Position numbers and translations under genes: made by a program
The notes under the pieces: model-generated
Seen by the model: the letters and a program-made list of their open reading frames with translations, nothing else
Told to the model about the DNA's origin: nothing
Database searches by the model: none
Part shown: piece by piece, positions 29,669 to 39,498 of the stretch
Layout of the letters: every line of letters begins with the position of its first letter
Position numbering within the stretch: position 1 is the first letter of the stretch
From: Candidatus Omnitrophota bacterium
Lineage (GTDB): Bacteria; Omnitrophota; Gorgyraeia; Duberdicusellales; 4484-171
Direction: 5' to 3'
NCBI GenBank assembly: GCA_021735655.1
Contig: JAIPGM010000012.1
Span: forward strand, 1-46,251
DNA: 46,251 bases

Positions 29669-30385
29669 ATGAGTGCTAAAGCAACTCCTAAACCAAGAAA
29701 GAAGTCATTGAAGTCAGCTAAAAAGACTGTATCTAAGGAGACTAGAGAGTTAAATTTAGCAGTTTTAAATACTCAAGGTAAAAAGGTTGAGGAAGTCGAT
29801 ATTGATGCCACAGTTTTTGACGGCATTATTAATATGTCATTAATGCATCAAGCTGTAGTAATTTACTTGTCTAATCAAAGGAAAGGATTAGCGTGCACAA
29901 AAACTCGGGGCGATGTAAGAGGCGGTGGTAAAAAACCTTGGCGCCAAAAAGGAACTGGCCGGGCAAGGTTCGGTTCAAGTCGTAACCCAGTTTGGCGGGG
30001 CGGTGGAGTAGCCTTCGGACCAAAGCCACATTCGTATTATAAAGATTTACCTAAAAAAATGAAGACTTTAGCTTTTAAAAGTGCGCTCAATGCTAAATTA
30101 AGAGACAAAGAGTTAATATTGTTGGATGAGTTAAAACTCGAATCGCATAAGGCAAAAAAGTTTGCTGGGATAGTTGGTAAGCTTAAGCTAGACAAGGAAA
30201 AGGTATGTTTTGTAGTGAAAAATTTAGAGAATAATTTAAAGCTGGCAACTCGTAATATCGAAAAGGTTGAAATTGCTTCAGCTGCTAGTGTTCATACAAT
30301 AGAAATTCTTGATTGTAGCAAGCTTGTTTTAACTAAGAGCGCCTTACGAACAATTGAAGAGAGGATTAAGAAATGCCTGGCTTAA
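29669..30385 (+). CDS. rplD: 50S ribosomal protein L4 (Lys-rich N-terminal extension)
   Basis: L4 core GGGKKPWRQKGTGRAR, preceded by a Lys-rich N-terminal extension of about 25 aa. Confidence 0.93.
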   Translation: MSAKATPKPRKKSLKSAKKTVSKETRELNLAVLNTQGKKVEEVDIDATVFDGIINMSLMHQAVVIYLSNQRKGLACTKTRGDVRGGGKKPWRQKGTGRARFGSSRNPVWRGGGVAFGPKPHSYYKDLPKKMKTLAFKSALNAKLRDKELILLDELKLESHKAKKFAGIVGKLKLDKEKVCFVVKNLENNLKLATRNIEKVEIASAASVHTIEILDCSKLVLTKSALRTIEERIKKCLA

Positions 30386-30663
30386 AGGGAAGTTACTCAG
30401 TCATTAAGTCGCCGTTAATTACGGAAAAATCAAGCCGTGAGGTAGCCCTTAGGAAATATTGTTTTTGGGTTGATAAGAATGCCAACAAAATAGAGATAAA
30501 AAGAGCGGTAGAGCTAGTTTACAAAGTAAAGGTTGAAAAGGTCACATCAATGATAGTTAAGGGAAAAACGAAGAAGGTTAGGCATAATCAGCCAGGTAAG
30601 ACTTCTTCTTGGAAAAAAGCTATAGTTACCTTGAGCCAAGGTTCGGAAATAAAGTTAACTTAA
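30373..30663 (+). CDS. rplW: 50S ribosomal protein L23
   Basis: 96 aa. Conserved position and L23 fold residues. Confidence 0.9.
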   Translation: MPGLKGSYSVIKSPLITEKSSREVALRKYCFWVDKNANKIEIKRAVELVYKVKVEKVTSMIVKGKTKKVRHNQPGKTSSWKKAIVTLSQGSEIKLT

Positions 30664-30669
30664 ACTGTT

Positions 30670-31518
30670 ATGGGAGTAAAAAAGTTTAGACCAGTAACCC
30701 CTTCTTTAAGATTTAAGGCTATTTCTAATTTTTCAGAAATAACCCGTAGTTCTTCGGAGAAGTCTCTAACTGTCAGTCTTAAAAAGACTGGCGGTCGTAA
30801 CAATCGTGGGAGAATAACCTCTCGGCGGCGCGGTGGTGGCAGTAAGCGGAAATATCGACTGATTGACTATAAGCGTAATAAATTTAATGATTTCGGAGAA
30901 GTGATAAGTATTGAATATGATCCTAACCGTAGTGCCCGCATAGCTTTAATTGAATATTCTGACAAAGAACGTCGTTATATTATTTGGCCGGATAAACTAA
31001 AAGTTGGTGATAAAATTATGAGCTCTTTAGACGCCCAGGTAGACATTAAACCGGGCAATAGCATGAAATTAATTCATATTCCTATGGGGACCTTATTACA
31101 TAATTTAGAGTTAACACCGGGTAAAGGTGGAGTATTAGTAAGAAGTGCCGGTAACTGGGCTCAGCTTATGGCTAAAGAGAAGGGGATGTCGCAGTTACGT
31201 ATGCCTTCAGGAGAAATACGTTTTTTAAAAAGTGAATGTCGGGCTACAGTTGGCCAGGTTGGGTTAATTGAGCATTCTTCTTTCGTCCACGGAAAGGCTG
31301 GAAGAGTGCGCTGGCTGGGTCGACGTCCTAAAGTGCGTGGTGTAGCGATGAACCCAGTAGATCATCCACATGGAGGTGGAGAAGGAAAAGCTGGTCAAGG
31401 AAACCCGCATCCGGTTACTCCTTGGGGTAAACCGACTAAGGGCTATAAAACCAGGAACAAACGTAAATCAAGCAATAAGTATATTGTAAAACGTAGAGTA
31501 AATAAGAGGGTTAAATAA
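30670..31518 (+). CDS. rplB: 50S ribosomal protein L2
   Basis: Conserved C-terminal L2 motif [15 protein letters not shown]. Confidence 0.97.
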   Translation: MGVKKFRPVTPSLRFKAISNFSEITRSSSEKSLTVSLKKTGGRNNRGRITSRRRGGGSKRKYRLIDYKRNKFNDFGEVISIEYDPNRSARIALIEYSDKERRYIIWPDKLKVGDKIMSSLDAQVDIKPGNSMKLIHIPMGTLLHNLELTPGKGGVLVRSAGNWAQLMAKEKGMSQLRMPSGEIRFLKSECRATVGQVGLIEHSSFVHGKAGRVRWLGRRPKVRGVAMNPVDHPHGGGEGKAGQGNPHPVTPWGKPTKGYKTRNKRKSSNKYIVKRRVNKRVK

Positions 31519-31805
31519 TGAGTCGTTCATTAAAAAAAGGTCCTTACATTGAGCCAAAATTATTAAAAAAGGCGCATAACGTAAAGAAGTCTGGCGATCG
31601 AAAAGCGATAAAGACTTGGTCGCGCAGCTCAATGATTGTTCCGGAATTTGTCGGACTAACTTTTGCTGTTCATGATGGTCGAAAACATGTTCCGGTTTTC
31701 GTTACCGAGTCAATGGTTGGCCATCGTTTGGGTGAGTTTGCTCCTACCAGGACTTTTCGTTCTCATGGTGGGATAAAGGCTAAGAAGGCAATACAAAAGA
31801 AGTAA
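31518..31805 (+). CDS. rpsS: 30S ribosomal protein S19
   Basis: [18 protein letters not shown]…, the canonical S19 N-terminus. Confidence 0.97.
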   Translation: MSRSLKKGPYIEPKLLKKAHNVKKSGDRKAIKTWSRSSMIVPEFVGLTFAVHDGRKHVPVFVTESMVGHRLGEFAPTRTFRSHGGIKAKKAIQKK

Positions 31806-31807
31806 AA

Positions 31808-32221
31808 ATGATAGCTAGAGCAGAAGCAAAGTATATACGTATTTCACCGACCAAAGTAAGACCGGTTAGCGTTCTTTTTAAAGGGAAGAATGCAAAGCTT
31901 GCTTTAGCCCAGCTTGAGCTGATCAATAAAAAGGCTGCTTTTCATCTAAAGAAAGTTTTGCATTCGGCAGTAGCTAATGCAAAAAATAAAGGTTATGCCG
32001 AAGATCAACTGTTTATATCAAAGGTTATTGCTAACTCTGGTCCGGCCTTAAAGCGTTATCGTGCGGCTTCATTCGGCAGAGCAACTTTAATTCGAAAACG
32101 CACATCGCATATTTTAGTTGAACTTGACAGTTTGGAAAAATTGATTAATAAAGTTGCGACCAAAACCAAAGCTAAGGCTAAGGCGAAGCCAAAAACAAAA
32201 GTAAAGAAAAGGGTAAAATAA
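31808..32221 (+). CDS. rplV: 50S ribosomal protein L22 (KAKAKAK-type C-terminal tail)
   Basis: L22 core plus a C-terminal extension of about 25 aa (ATKTKAKAKAKPKTKVKKRVK). Confidence 0.93.
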   Translation: MIARAEAKYIRISPTKVRPVSVLFKGKNAKLALAQLELINKKAAFHLKKVLHSAVANAKNKGYAEDQLFISKVIANSGPALKRYRAASFGRATLIRKRTSHILVELDSLEKLINKVATKTKAKAKAKPKTKVKKRVK

Positions 32222-32229
32222 GGTAAATT

Positions 32230-32904
32230 ATGGGACAAAAAGTACATCCGTATATTTTAAGAATTGGTTTTGGGAAAGATTGGCTTTCTCGCTGGTTTTC
32301 TTTTAAAAAGAGTGAATATGCTGATTTTCTAGAAGAGGACCTTATAGTCCGTCGGAAAATCAAAGATGCCTATCCAGGCGGTTCAGTCTCTACTATTGTT
32401 ATTGAAAGAGTTTCTCAGAGTGTAATTCGAATCAGGATAAAAACTTCTCGTCCCGGAGTAATTATTGGTCGACGTGGTCAGGATATCGAACGTCTTAAGA
32501 GAGATTTAAATCGACTTACCAAGAGAGAAATCATAATTGACGTTGAAGAGGTTAGAGAACCAGCTACCGAAGCACAGTTAATTGCTGAAGTAATTGGTTT
32601 CCAGCTTTTAAAAAGAGTAAATTTCCGTCGGGCAATGAAACGAGCAATACAGCAGGCAACTTCGCTTGGCGCTGAAGGGATAAAGATTCGTTGCTCAGGA
32701 AGGCTGGGTGGTGTAGAAATTGCGCGTAAAGAATCATATAAATATGGTAAAGTCCCGCTTCAAACTTTCAGGGCCGACATTGACTATGGATTTTATGTTG
32801 CTAGAACTACCTATGGAACAATTGGGATTAAGGTTTGGGTCTATAAGGGTGAGAAAAAACTGGGAAGCTACATGATTAAAGAGCCGGATCAAAGGGAAAA
32901 TTAA
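32230..32904 (+). CDS. rpsC: 30S ribosomal protein S3
   Basis: KH domain and S3-C domain. 224 aa. Confidence 0.95.
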   Translation: MGQKVHPYILRIGFGKDWLSRWFSFKKSEYADFLEEDLIVRRKIKDAYPGGSVSTIVIERVSQSVIRIRIKTSRPGVIIGRRGQDIERLKRDLNRLTKREIIIDVEEVREPATEAQLIAEVIGFQLLKRVNFRRAMKRAIQQATSLGAEGIKIRCSGRLGGVEIARKESYKYGKVPLQTFRADIDYGFYVARTTYGTIGIKVWVYKGEKKLGSYMIKEPDQREN

Positions 32905-32907
32905 GTT

Positions 32908-33318
32908 ATGTTAATTCCAAAAAGAGTTAAATATCGGAAAACCCAGAGGGGAAGACGAAAAGGCATAGCAGTCGCTGGTTCGACAGTTGCTTTTGGCGAG
33001 TATGGAATAAAAACTCTTGAGTCAGTATGGCTTAAGAATACTCAGATAGAGACTGTTAGAATTATTCTTACTAGAAGATTACGTCGCGGCGGTAAGCTGT
33101 GGATAAGAGTATTTCCAGATCGACCGGTGACTAAAAAACCCGCTGAATCACGGCAAGGTAAAGGAAAAGGCGAGGTTGAGGGCTGGGTTGCATCAATACG
33201 TCGGGGGGCAGTAGTTTTTGAGTTAGGCGGTATCCCTGAAGACTACGCTCGGGAATCTTTCAAATTGGTAGCTTACAAGTTACCTTTTAAAACAATGTTT
33301 GTTACAAGGAAAAGATGA
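32908..33318 (+). CDS. rplP: 50S ribosomal protein L16
   Basis: MLIPKRVKYRK…RGRRKG, an L16 signature. Confidence 0.95.
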   Translation: MLIPKRVKYRKTQRGRRKGIAVAGSTVAFGEYGIKTLESVWLKNTQIETVRIILTRRLRRGGKLWIRVFPDRPVTKKPAESRQGKGKGEVEGWVASIRRGAVVFELGGIPEDYARESFKLVAYKLPFKTMFVTRKR

Positions 33319-33503
33319 AGATAAAAGATTTACAGGGCCTATCAAACGAAGAACTTAAGGATAAGTTGAATGACTTAGATAAACAGCTTATGGAGCTACA
33401 GTTTAAACGTCGTAGCGGGGTAGAAAAGCCTCATCAGTTTAAACAGCTTAAAAAAGATATTGCCCGTATCCATACAATTGTTAATCAAAAAGGGAGGAAG
33501 TAG
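33315..33503 (+). CDS. rpmC: 50S ribosomal protein L29
   Basis: 62 aa helical L29. 4-nt overlap with rplP. Confidence 0.9.
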   Translation: MKIKDLQGLSNEELKDKLNDLDKQLMELQFKRRSGVEKPHQFKQLKKDIARIHTIVNQKGRK

Positions 33504-33505
33504 CT

Positions 33506-33745
33506 TTGAGTAAAGGTAAGGTTCTAGAGGGAGTGGTTACAGCTGATAAGAGCGATAAGACTATAACCGTAATGGTTAAAATTAAAGTTGCTCATAAAAT
33601 GTATAAACGCGCTAAACTTTCGCGCAAAAAATATAAAGTTCACGACGAAAACAATCAAGCAAAGATTGGAAATCGGGTTAAAATCATTGAATCCCGACCA
33701 GTCTCTAAGCATAAACGATTTCGTCTTTTGGAGATTACTCAATGA
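33506..33745 (+). CDS. rpsQ: 30S ribosomal protein S17
   Basis: TTG start after a GGGAGG SD. OB-fold S17. Confidence 0.9.
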   Translation: MSKGKVLEGVVTADKSDKTITVMVKIKVAHKMYKRAKLSRKKYKVHDENNQAKIGNRVKIIESRPVSKHKRFRLLEITQ

Positions 33746-34107
33746 TTTACATGCGTAGCAAATTAGATGTGGCTGATAATAGTGGCGCTAAAAAGGTTGC
33801 CTTTATTAGCGTTATTGGTAAGAAAAATAAAGATCATGGCGACATTGGGGATGTAATTACTGCCAGCGTAAAGGAAGCGACCCCTAACGCGGCTATAAAA
33901 AAGGGCGAAGTGGTCCGAGCAGTAATAGTCAGAACGCATTTTCCGATTAAGCGAAAGGATGGTTTGGCTATTAAGTTTGATAAGAATGCTTGCGTAATTA
34001 TTGATAAGCAAATGAATCCCCGAGCAACTAGGGTTTTTGGTCCAGTAGCTCGAGAGTTGAGGGGTAGGTTTAGTAAGATACTATCCTTGGCGCCGGAGGT
34101 AATATAA
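33742..34107 (+). CDS. rplN: 50S ribosomal protein L14
   Basis: [18 protein letters not shown], an L14 signature. Confidence 0.95.
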   Translation: MIYMRSKLDVADNSGAKKVAFISVIGKKNKDHGDIGDVITASVKEATPNAAIKKGEVVRAVIVRTHFPIKRKDGLAIKFDKNACVIIDKQMNPRATRVFGPVARELRGRFSKILSLAPEVI

Positions 34108-34422
34108 GTGAATTTAAAGATAAAAAAAGGCGATAAAGTAATAGTAATAGCCGGAAAAGATAAGGGTAAAACTGGTAAAGTGTTGAAGACTATCGCCATG
34201 AAGAATCGAGTTGTAGTTGAGGGTGTGAATATAATGAAAAAACACGCTAAGCGTCGATCAGAAAGCGATCAGGGTGGCTTACGCGATATTTCGGTACCGA
34301 TAAATGCTTCGAACGTGTCGCTTGTTTGTTCGAGTTGTAACGTTGGCGTTCGCTTTTCGATGAAGAAATCAGACGACAAGACTAAGGTAAGAATTTGCAA
34401 GAAGTGCCAGAAACCAATTTAG
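34108..34422 (+). CDS. rplX: 50S ribosomal protein L24 (with C-terminal CxxC…CxxC)
   Basis: KOW motif GDKVIVIAGKDKGKTGKV. GTG start directly after the rplN stop. Four Cys in the C-terminal segment. Confidence 0.9.
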   Translation: MNLKIKKGDKVIVIAGKDKGKTGKVLKTIAMKNRVVVEGVNIMKKHAKRRSESDQGGLRDISVPINASNVSLVCSSCNVGVRFSMKKSDDKTKVRICKKCQKPI

Positions 34423-34430
34423 GAAATAAG

Positions 34431-34994
34431 ATGGAAGAAAATAAAGAAAAATACATACCGCGTTTCCTCAATAACTATCGTAATGAGATTATTGACCAAA
34501 TGCGTCAAAAGTATAACTATAAAAATGTTTTAGCCGTACCTCGGTTGATTAAAATTGTAGTTAATATGGGGGTGGGGCAGGCAACTCAGGACGCTAAAAT
34601 TATTGAGAAGTGTGCTGAGGAGCTAGGGGTAATTACCGGCCAGAAGCCTAAAATTTGCCGATCACGTAAGCCAATTTCTAATTTTAAACTGAAAGAGAAT
34701 GTTCCGATTGGTTGCTGTGTAACTTTAAGACGAGCAATGATGTATGAATTTTTAGACCGTTTTATTACTGTAGCATCTCCGCGTATACGTGATTTTAGAG
34801 GATTTTCGGCGAACTCTTTCGACGGAAATGGTAACTACACTTTTGGTCTTACAGAACAGAATATTTTTCCGGAGATTAATCTTGATAAGATATCCAGGAC
34901 TCAAGGCATGAATATCACAATACACACAAGTGCTTTGACTGATGACGAAGCAAGGGATCTGCTTAAATTATTTGGATTTCCTTTTAGGAGGTAA
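34431..34994 (+). CDS. rplE: 50S ribosomal protein L5
   Basis: Start at ATG 34431 ([12 protein letters not shown]…). The track start at 34395 overlaps rplX. L5 core …NMGVGQA…. Confidence 0.92.
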   Translation: MEENKEKYIPRFLNNYRNEIIDQMRQKYNYKNVLAVPRLIKIVVNMGVGQATQDAKIIEKCAEELGVITGQKPKICRSRKPISNFKLKENVPIGCCVTLRRAMMYEFLDRFITVASPRIRDFRGFSANSFDGNGNYTFGLTEQNIFPEINLDKISRTQGMNITIHTSALTDDEARDLLKLFGFPFRR

Positions 34995-34995
34995 T

Positions 34996-35190
34996 GTGGC
35001 TAGTTTATCTAAAATTGAAAAGTGGAAAAGAGAAAGAACAAAAGTAAAGTTTTCTACCCGTAGACATAATCGTTGTCGTCGCTGTGGGAGACCGCGTGGC
35101 TATTTGCGGGATTTTGAACTTTGCCGAATTTGTTTCAGGGAGTTAGCTTGGCAAGGTTTAATCCCAGGAGTAAAGAAGGCAAGTTGGTAA
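34996..35190 (+). CDS. rpsN: 30S ribosomal protein S14 (type Z, zinc-binding, 64 aa)
   Basis: GTG 34996 sits 5 nt after AGGAGG at 34986-34991. CRRCGRP…CRICFRE, the Zn-ribbon S14 type. The track ORF from 34942 is an in-frame upstream extension through rplE. Confidence 0.9.
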   Translation: MASLSKIEKWKRERTKVKFSTRRHNRCRRCGRPRGYLRDFELCRICFRELAWQGLIPGVKKASW

Positions 35191-35212
35191 GTATAAAAAA
35201 CGGAGCGAAGCA

Positions 35213-35608
35213 ATGAGTAGAACCGATGTAATTAGTGATGCTTTTACAATAATTAGGAACGCTTCTCGAGCTAGGATGGAGGAAACTCATATCCCTTATT
35301 CAAATTCTTTAGCTAAGATTTGCGCAATTTTAAAAAATGAAGGCTATTTAGAAAACTTTAAAGAAGTTGACTTAGAAGGTTTTAAAAAGATTAAAGTCTA
35401 TCTTAAATATCAAAATAAAAAAGGGATTATCGACCAGATCAAAAAAGTGTCTAAGCCGGGAAGAAGAATCTATGTGAAACAACAAGATATTCCTAGGGCT
35501 TTGGGCGGTTATGGAGTAACTATAGTTTCAACATCTAGTGGCATGCTTAGTGGTAAAGAGGCAAGAGAAAAAGGCCTTGGCGGAGAAGTTATCGGGATGG
35601 TCTGGTAG
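35213..35608 (+). CDS. rpsH: 30S ribosomal protein S8
   Basis: 131 aa S8 ending GGEVIGMVW. Confidence 0.95.
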   Translation: MSRTDVISDAFTIIRNASRARMEETHIPYSNSLAKICAILKNEGYLENFKEVDLEGFKKIKVYLKYQNKKGIIDQIKKVSKPGRRIYVKQQDIPRALGGYGVTIVSTSSGMLSGKEAREKGLGGEVIGMVW

Positions 35609-35632
35609 AATATTTTTTTGACGGAGTAAATT

Positions 35633-36172
35633 ATGTCGAGAATAGGAAAAAATCCAATAGCAATACCAAAAGAAGTAAAAATTACTGTTAAGGATGGCCG
35701 TTGCTTAGTCGAAGCCGCAAAACATAAGTTAGAATTGAGTATACCTTTTGGGATTACTGTTGAGGTAAATGAAGGTTTTACTACAATTAAGCGAGTTAAC
35801 GATTCAAAGCAGGTTAGGAGTTTGCATGGTACGATTCGAATGCTAGTTAGTAATATGGTTGATGGCGTGACCAAAGGCTTTAAGAAGGAGTTGGATATCG
35901 TCGGTGTTGGCTACAAGGCCCAGATAAAGGGTAAACAACTCGTTTTAAATGTCGGATTTTCTCATTCAGTCGATATGGAGATACCTGAAGGTTTGAAAGT
36001 ATCTTGTGCTGGAAATAATAAGATTATTGTCGAAGGTATCGATAAGCAAAGGGTTGGAGAATTCACGGCTAAGGTGCGTAAGATTTACCCACCGGAACCT
36101 TACAAGGGGAAGGGAATTCGCTATAGCGGTGAAAAAGTAAGAAAGAAGTTAGGAAAAGCATTAGCTAAATAA
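35633..36172 (+). CDS. rplF: 50S ribosomal protein L6
   Basis: MSRIGKNPIAIPKEVKI…, two-domain L6. Confidence 0.95.
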   Translation: MSRIGKNPIAIPKEVKITVKDGRCLVEAAKHKLELSIPFGITVEVNEGFTTIKRVNDSKQVRSLHGTIRMLVSNMVDGVTKGFKKELDIVGVGYKAQIKGKQLVLNVGFSHSVDMEIPEGLKVSCAGNNKIIVEGIDKQRVGEFTAKVRKIYPPEPYKGKGIRYSGEKVRKKLGKALAK

Positions 36173-36176
36173 ACAG

Positions 36177-36530
36177 ATGAAAAAAATAGGTAGAACTCAC
36201 AGACATAAACGGATTACTAAAAAAATTAAAGGGGTTGAAGATAAGCCTCGTTTAGTAGTTTTTCGTAGCAAGAAGCATATCTATGCTCAAATTATTAACG
36301 ATGAACAGCAAAGAGTGATTGCTGGATGTTCTACTTTGAGCAAGGCGTTTAAAGATAAAGGTGCTAAAACTAGTGATAAAGATGCAGCAAAAGAGATCGG
36401 CAAGTTGATAGCGGCTAAGGCTTTAGAGTCAGGGGTTAAAACTGTATCTTATGACCGTGGTGGCTATAAATATCATGGCAGAATAAAAAGCTTAGCTCAG
36501 GGAGCTCGAGAAGGAGGTTTGAAGTTTTGA
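36177..36530 (+). CDS. rplR: 50S ribosomal protein L18
   Basis: 117 aa L18 (…RLVVFRSKKHIYAQII…). Confidence 0.93.
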   Translation: MKKIGRTHRHKRITKKIKGVEDKPRLVVFRSKKHIYAQIINDEQQRVIAGCSTLSKAFKDKGAKTSDKDAAKEIGKLIAAKALESGVKTVSYDRGGYKYHGRIKSLAQGAREGGLKF

Positions 36531-37123
36531 ACCAAAATTCGAATAATAAAGATCGGTCTACACCTGCCAAAAAATTTGGGTCTAGTTATCAGAAAAAGAA
36601 AGAACAACGTCCAAATAGGCAGCAAAAAGATCCTCGGGATACAGAAAATGCTTTTATTGAAAAAGTTCTTTTTATCAACAGGACCACTAAGGTTACTAAG
36701 GGTGGTAAAAACTTAGGATTTGCTGCCTTGGTGGTTGTAGGCGATGGAGTTAACTCGGCTGGTTTTGCCTTAGGTAAGGCTAATGAAGTTGCCGATGCTA
36801 TACGTAAAGGTATTAGTCGAGCAAAAAAACTGGTTAGGCCGATTAAAAAACGGGGAACAACTATACCGCATCAAATTATTGGAAAGTTTGGTTCAATCCG
36901 AATTCTGTTAAAGCCAGCTACTGAAGGAACTGGGGTTATTGCTTCTTCTCCGGTGCGGGCAATTTGTGAATGTGCGGGGATAAAGAACATTTTAACTAAA
37001 AACTTAGGTAATTCAACTAATCAAATAAATGTAGTTAAGGCAACCTTCCAAGGGTTGGAAAGTTTAAAGGGTGAATATGAATCTATCAAATCTGAAACCA
37101 AAGACAAAGAAAAAGAAGCCTAG
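36527..37123 (+). CDS. rpsE: 30S ribosomal protein S5 (basic N-terminal extension)
   Basis: S5 dsRBD and C-terminal domain. N-terminal Lys/Gln-rich extension of about 35 aa. Confidence 0.92.
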   Translation: MNQNSNNKDRSTPAKKFGSSYQKKKEQRPNRQQKDPRDTENAFIEKVLFINRTTKVTKGGKNLGFAALVVVGDGVNSAGFALGKANEVADAIRKGISRAKKLVRPIKKRGTTIPHQIIGKFGSIRILLKPATEGTGVIASSPVRAICECAGIKNILTKNLGNSTNQINVVKATFQGLESLKGEYESIKSETKDKEKEA

Positions 37124-37532
37124 AAGGGTCGGTCGTGGTACCGGTTCAGGTTTAGGGAAAACTTCTGGCCGTGGACATAAGGGTGCCGGACAACGTAAAG
37201 GCAAAAAACTGCCTTACGCCGGTTTTTGTGGAGGTAATCTACCGATAGCACGTACTTTGCCTAAGCGAGGCTTTACTTCGGTCAGACCGAAGATTTATCA
37301 ACTAGTTTCGTTAGGCGATATTCAGAATAAGATTAGTATTAAGGATGAAATTACACCGGAAATCTTTAAAAAATTTAATTTGATTAAGGATAAAGATAAG
37401 CCAGTCAAAGTATTGGCTAATTTAGACGGCGAATTTAAGAAAAAAGTAGTGGTTAAGGCTGATGCTTTCTCAGCTAAAGCTAAAGAAATTATTGAGTCTC
37501 AAGGAGGAACTGCTGAGTGTTTAAGTCGGTAG
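37077..37532 (+). CDS. rplO: 50S ribosomal protein L15
   Basis: MNLSNLKPK…VGRGTGSGLGKTSGRGHKG. Start at ATG 37077 overlaps the rpsE 3' end by 47 nt. No rpmD (L30) lies between S5 and L15. Confidence 0.9.
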   Translation: MNLSNLKPKTKKKKPRRVGRGTGSGLGKTSGRGHKGAGQRKGKKLPYAGFCGGNLPIARTLPKRGFTSVRPKIYQLVSLGDIQNKISIKDEITPEIFKKFNLIKDKDKPVKVLANLDGEFKKKVVVKADAFSAKAKEIIESQGGTAECLSR

Positions 37533-38872
37533 GTAATATATTTAGGATCGAAGAGCTGAGAAAAAAGATTTTTATTACTCTATCTTTGTTAATTGTTTAT
37601 CGGGCCGGTTGTTTTATTCCTACTGCTGGGGTAAATACTGCAGCATTAAGCCAGTTCTTTGAAATGATTGCGAAAACTCAGGGTCAAACAATTCTAGGCA
37701 TGGTCAACCTTTTCACCGGTGGCGCCTTAACTCGTTTGAGCATTTTCGCTTTAGGTATTATGCCTTACATTTCAGCTTCGATTATTATGCAGCTTTTAGT
37801 TAATATTGTTCCGGCTTTAGAGCGATTTGCCAAGGAAGGTAAAGCTGGCTATGAAAAGATAAATCAATACACGCGATATTTAACGTTTGTTCTTTGCGGT
37901 GTTCAAGGTTTGTTTCTGTCACTTTGGTTATCAAATCCAAATAATTTTAAGGGCATTCAAATCGTTCCGCATCCGGGAGTAATGTTTACTTTAACGACAA
38001 TTATTACCCTTACTGCTGGGACAGTTTTTATCATGTGGTTGGGAGAACAAATTCAGGAACGAGGCATTGGCAACGGAATATCAATAATTATTACTGCTAG
38101 CATTATTTCACGTATTCCTTCTTCTTTGCGTCAACTTTGGATTCTTTATTCACCTTTTGATATCGCCAAGCGTCAAATTTCAACCCCAGTTATCATAGCT
38201 TTAATTGTTGTTTGGTTTTTAACAATTGCTGCAGTAGTCCTTTTTACCCAAGCTCAGCGGAGGATTCCGATTCAGTATGGGAAACGAATTGTTGGCCGCA
38301 AGGTCTATGGAGGAACTACACAGTATTTGCCGATCAAGGTAGACATGAGCGGAGTTATTGCTATCATTTTCGCCAGTAGCGTTTTAGCTTTTCCAGCTAC
38401 AGTAAGTATGTTTTTGCCTAAGTCGATAAGATTTTTTGCTATTTTGCAAAGTATTTTTCAGCAGCGTGGTTTTTGGTATAATTTTATTTTTGTCGGTTTA
38501 ATTATGTTTTTTATGTATTTTTATACTGCGATGGTGTTTAATCCTTTAGAGATATCTAACAATTTAAAACGTTACGGTGGCTTTATTCCTGGAATTAGAC
38601 CGGGTACGCCGACTGCGCGGCACATTGACTTTGTAACAACTAGGATTATTTTTATCGGTGCTTTATATATTGCAACTATAGCTATATTTCCTAATATTAT
38701 TATGTATGCCTTTAGGGTGCCGTCTTACGGATTAGCTTCTCTTTTTGGCGGAACTACCCTTTTGATTATGGTCGGAGTAGTGTTGGATACTATGAAACAG
38801 ATAGAAGGTCAGTTGCTTATTCGTCACTATGATGGTTTTATTAAGGGTGGAAGCCTGAAGGGGAGAAAATGA
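37517..38872 (+). CDS. secY: preprotein translocase subunit SecY
   Basis: 10-TM SecY. GTG start 9 nt after an AAGGAGG SD. Confidence 0.95.
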   Translation: MFKSVGNIFRIEELRKKIFITLSLLIVYRAGCFIPTAGVNTAALSQFFEMIAKTQGQTILGMVNLFTGGALTRLSIFALGIMPYISASIIMQLLVNIVPALERFAKEGKAGYEKINQYTRYLTFVLCGVQGLFLSLWLSNPNNFKGIQIVPHPGVMFTLTTIITLTAGTVFIMWLGEQIQERGIGNGISIIITASIISRIPSSLRQLWILYSPFDIAKRQISTPVIIALIVVWFLTIAAVVLFTQAQRRIPIQYGKRIVGRKVYGGTTQYLPIKVDMSGVIAIIFASSVLAFPATVSMFLPKSIRFFAILQSIFQQRGFWYNFIFVGLIMFFMYFYTAMVFNPLEISNNLKRYGGFIPGIRPGTPTARHIDFVTTRIIFIGALYIATIAIFPNIIMYAFRVPSYGLASLFGGTTLLIMVGVVLDTMKQIEGQLLIRHYDGFIKGGSLKGRK

Positions 38873-39498
38873 ATATAATTTTATTTGGTGCCCCTGGGTC
38901 AGGTAAAGGAACTCAAGCGATCGTAATGAGTGAGCAGTTGGGCTTAAGAAGAATATCTCTTGGTGATATTTTACGTAAAGAAGTTAAAGAGGATACGGAT
39001 ATTGGTCAAGAAGTTAAAAGCTATATGAATCAAGGGCAGTTAGTGCCTGATGAGTTGGTAGCCAGGGTTATTGAGAATCATATTGATTCTAAGGGGTTCA
39101 TTCTTGATGGTTACCCGCGCAATGTAGCCCAGGCTAAGAAGTTAGAGGATATTTTAAAGAATCAAGGCTTAGCTATTGACCTTTTTGTTTATATGGACGT
39201 TAGTCGTGAAACTGTGGTTGATCGTCTTACCAAAAGAATAGTTTGCAAATCTTGTGGCGCAAATTATCATTTAAAAAATATGCCACCGAAAAAAGAAGGA
39301 ATTTGTGATTCTTGTTCGAATGAGTTAGTTCAACGTAAGGATGACACTCCTGAAGTTATTTTGAAGCGTTGGGAAGTTTTCTTAAAAGAAAGTTCTAAAT
39401 TAGTTAATTTTTATAAAAGTCGCGGCAATCTTTTTAAGGTTGATGCGAATTTTGATAAAGATTTGGTCTTTGAAAAGATAAAAGCCGAAGTTAAATGA
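38869..39498 (+). CDS. adk: adenylate kinase (Cys4 zinc lid type)
   Basis: P-loop GAPGSGKGTQA. LID with CKSCG…CDSC. Confidence 0.95.
   Translation: MNIILFGAPGSGKGTQAIVMSEQLGLRRISLGDILRKEVKEDTDIGQEVKSYMNQGQLVPDELVARVIENHIDSKGFILDGYPRNVAQAKKLEDILKNQGLAIDLFVYMDVSRETVVDRLTKRIVCKSCGANYHLKNMPPKKEGICDSCSNELVQRKDDTPEVILKRWEVFLKESSKLVNFYKSRGNLFKVDANFDKDLVFEKIKAEVK

Noticed and set aside
32161-32215. Apparent tandem DNA repeat gctaaggctaaggcgaagcc
   Set aside because: It is simply the codons of the KAKAKAK tail of L22, not an independent repeat element.
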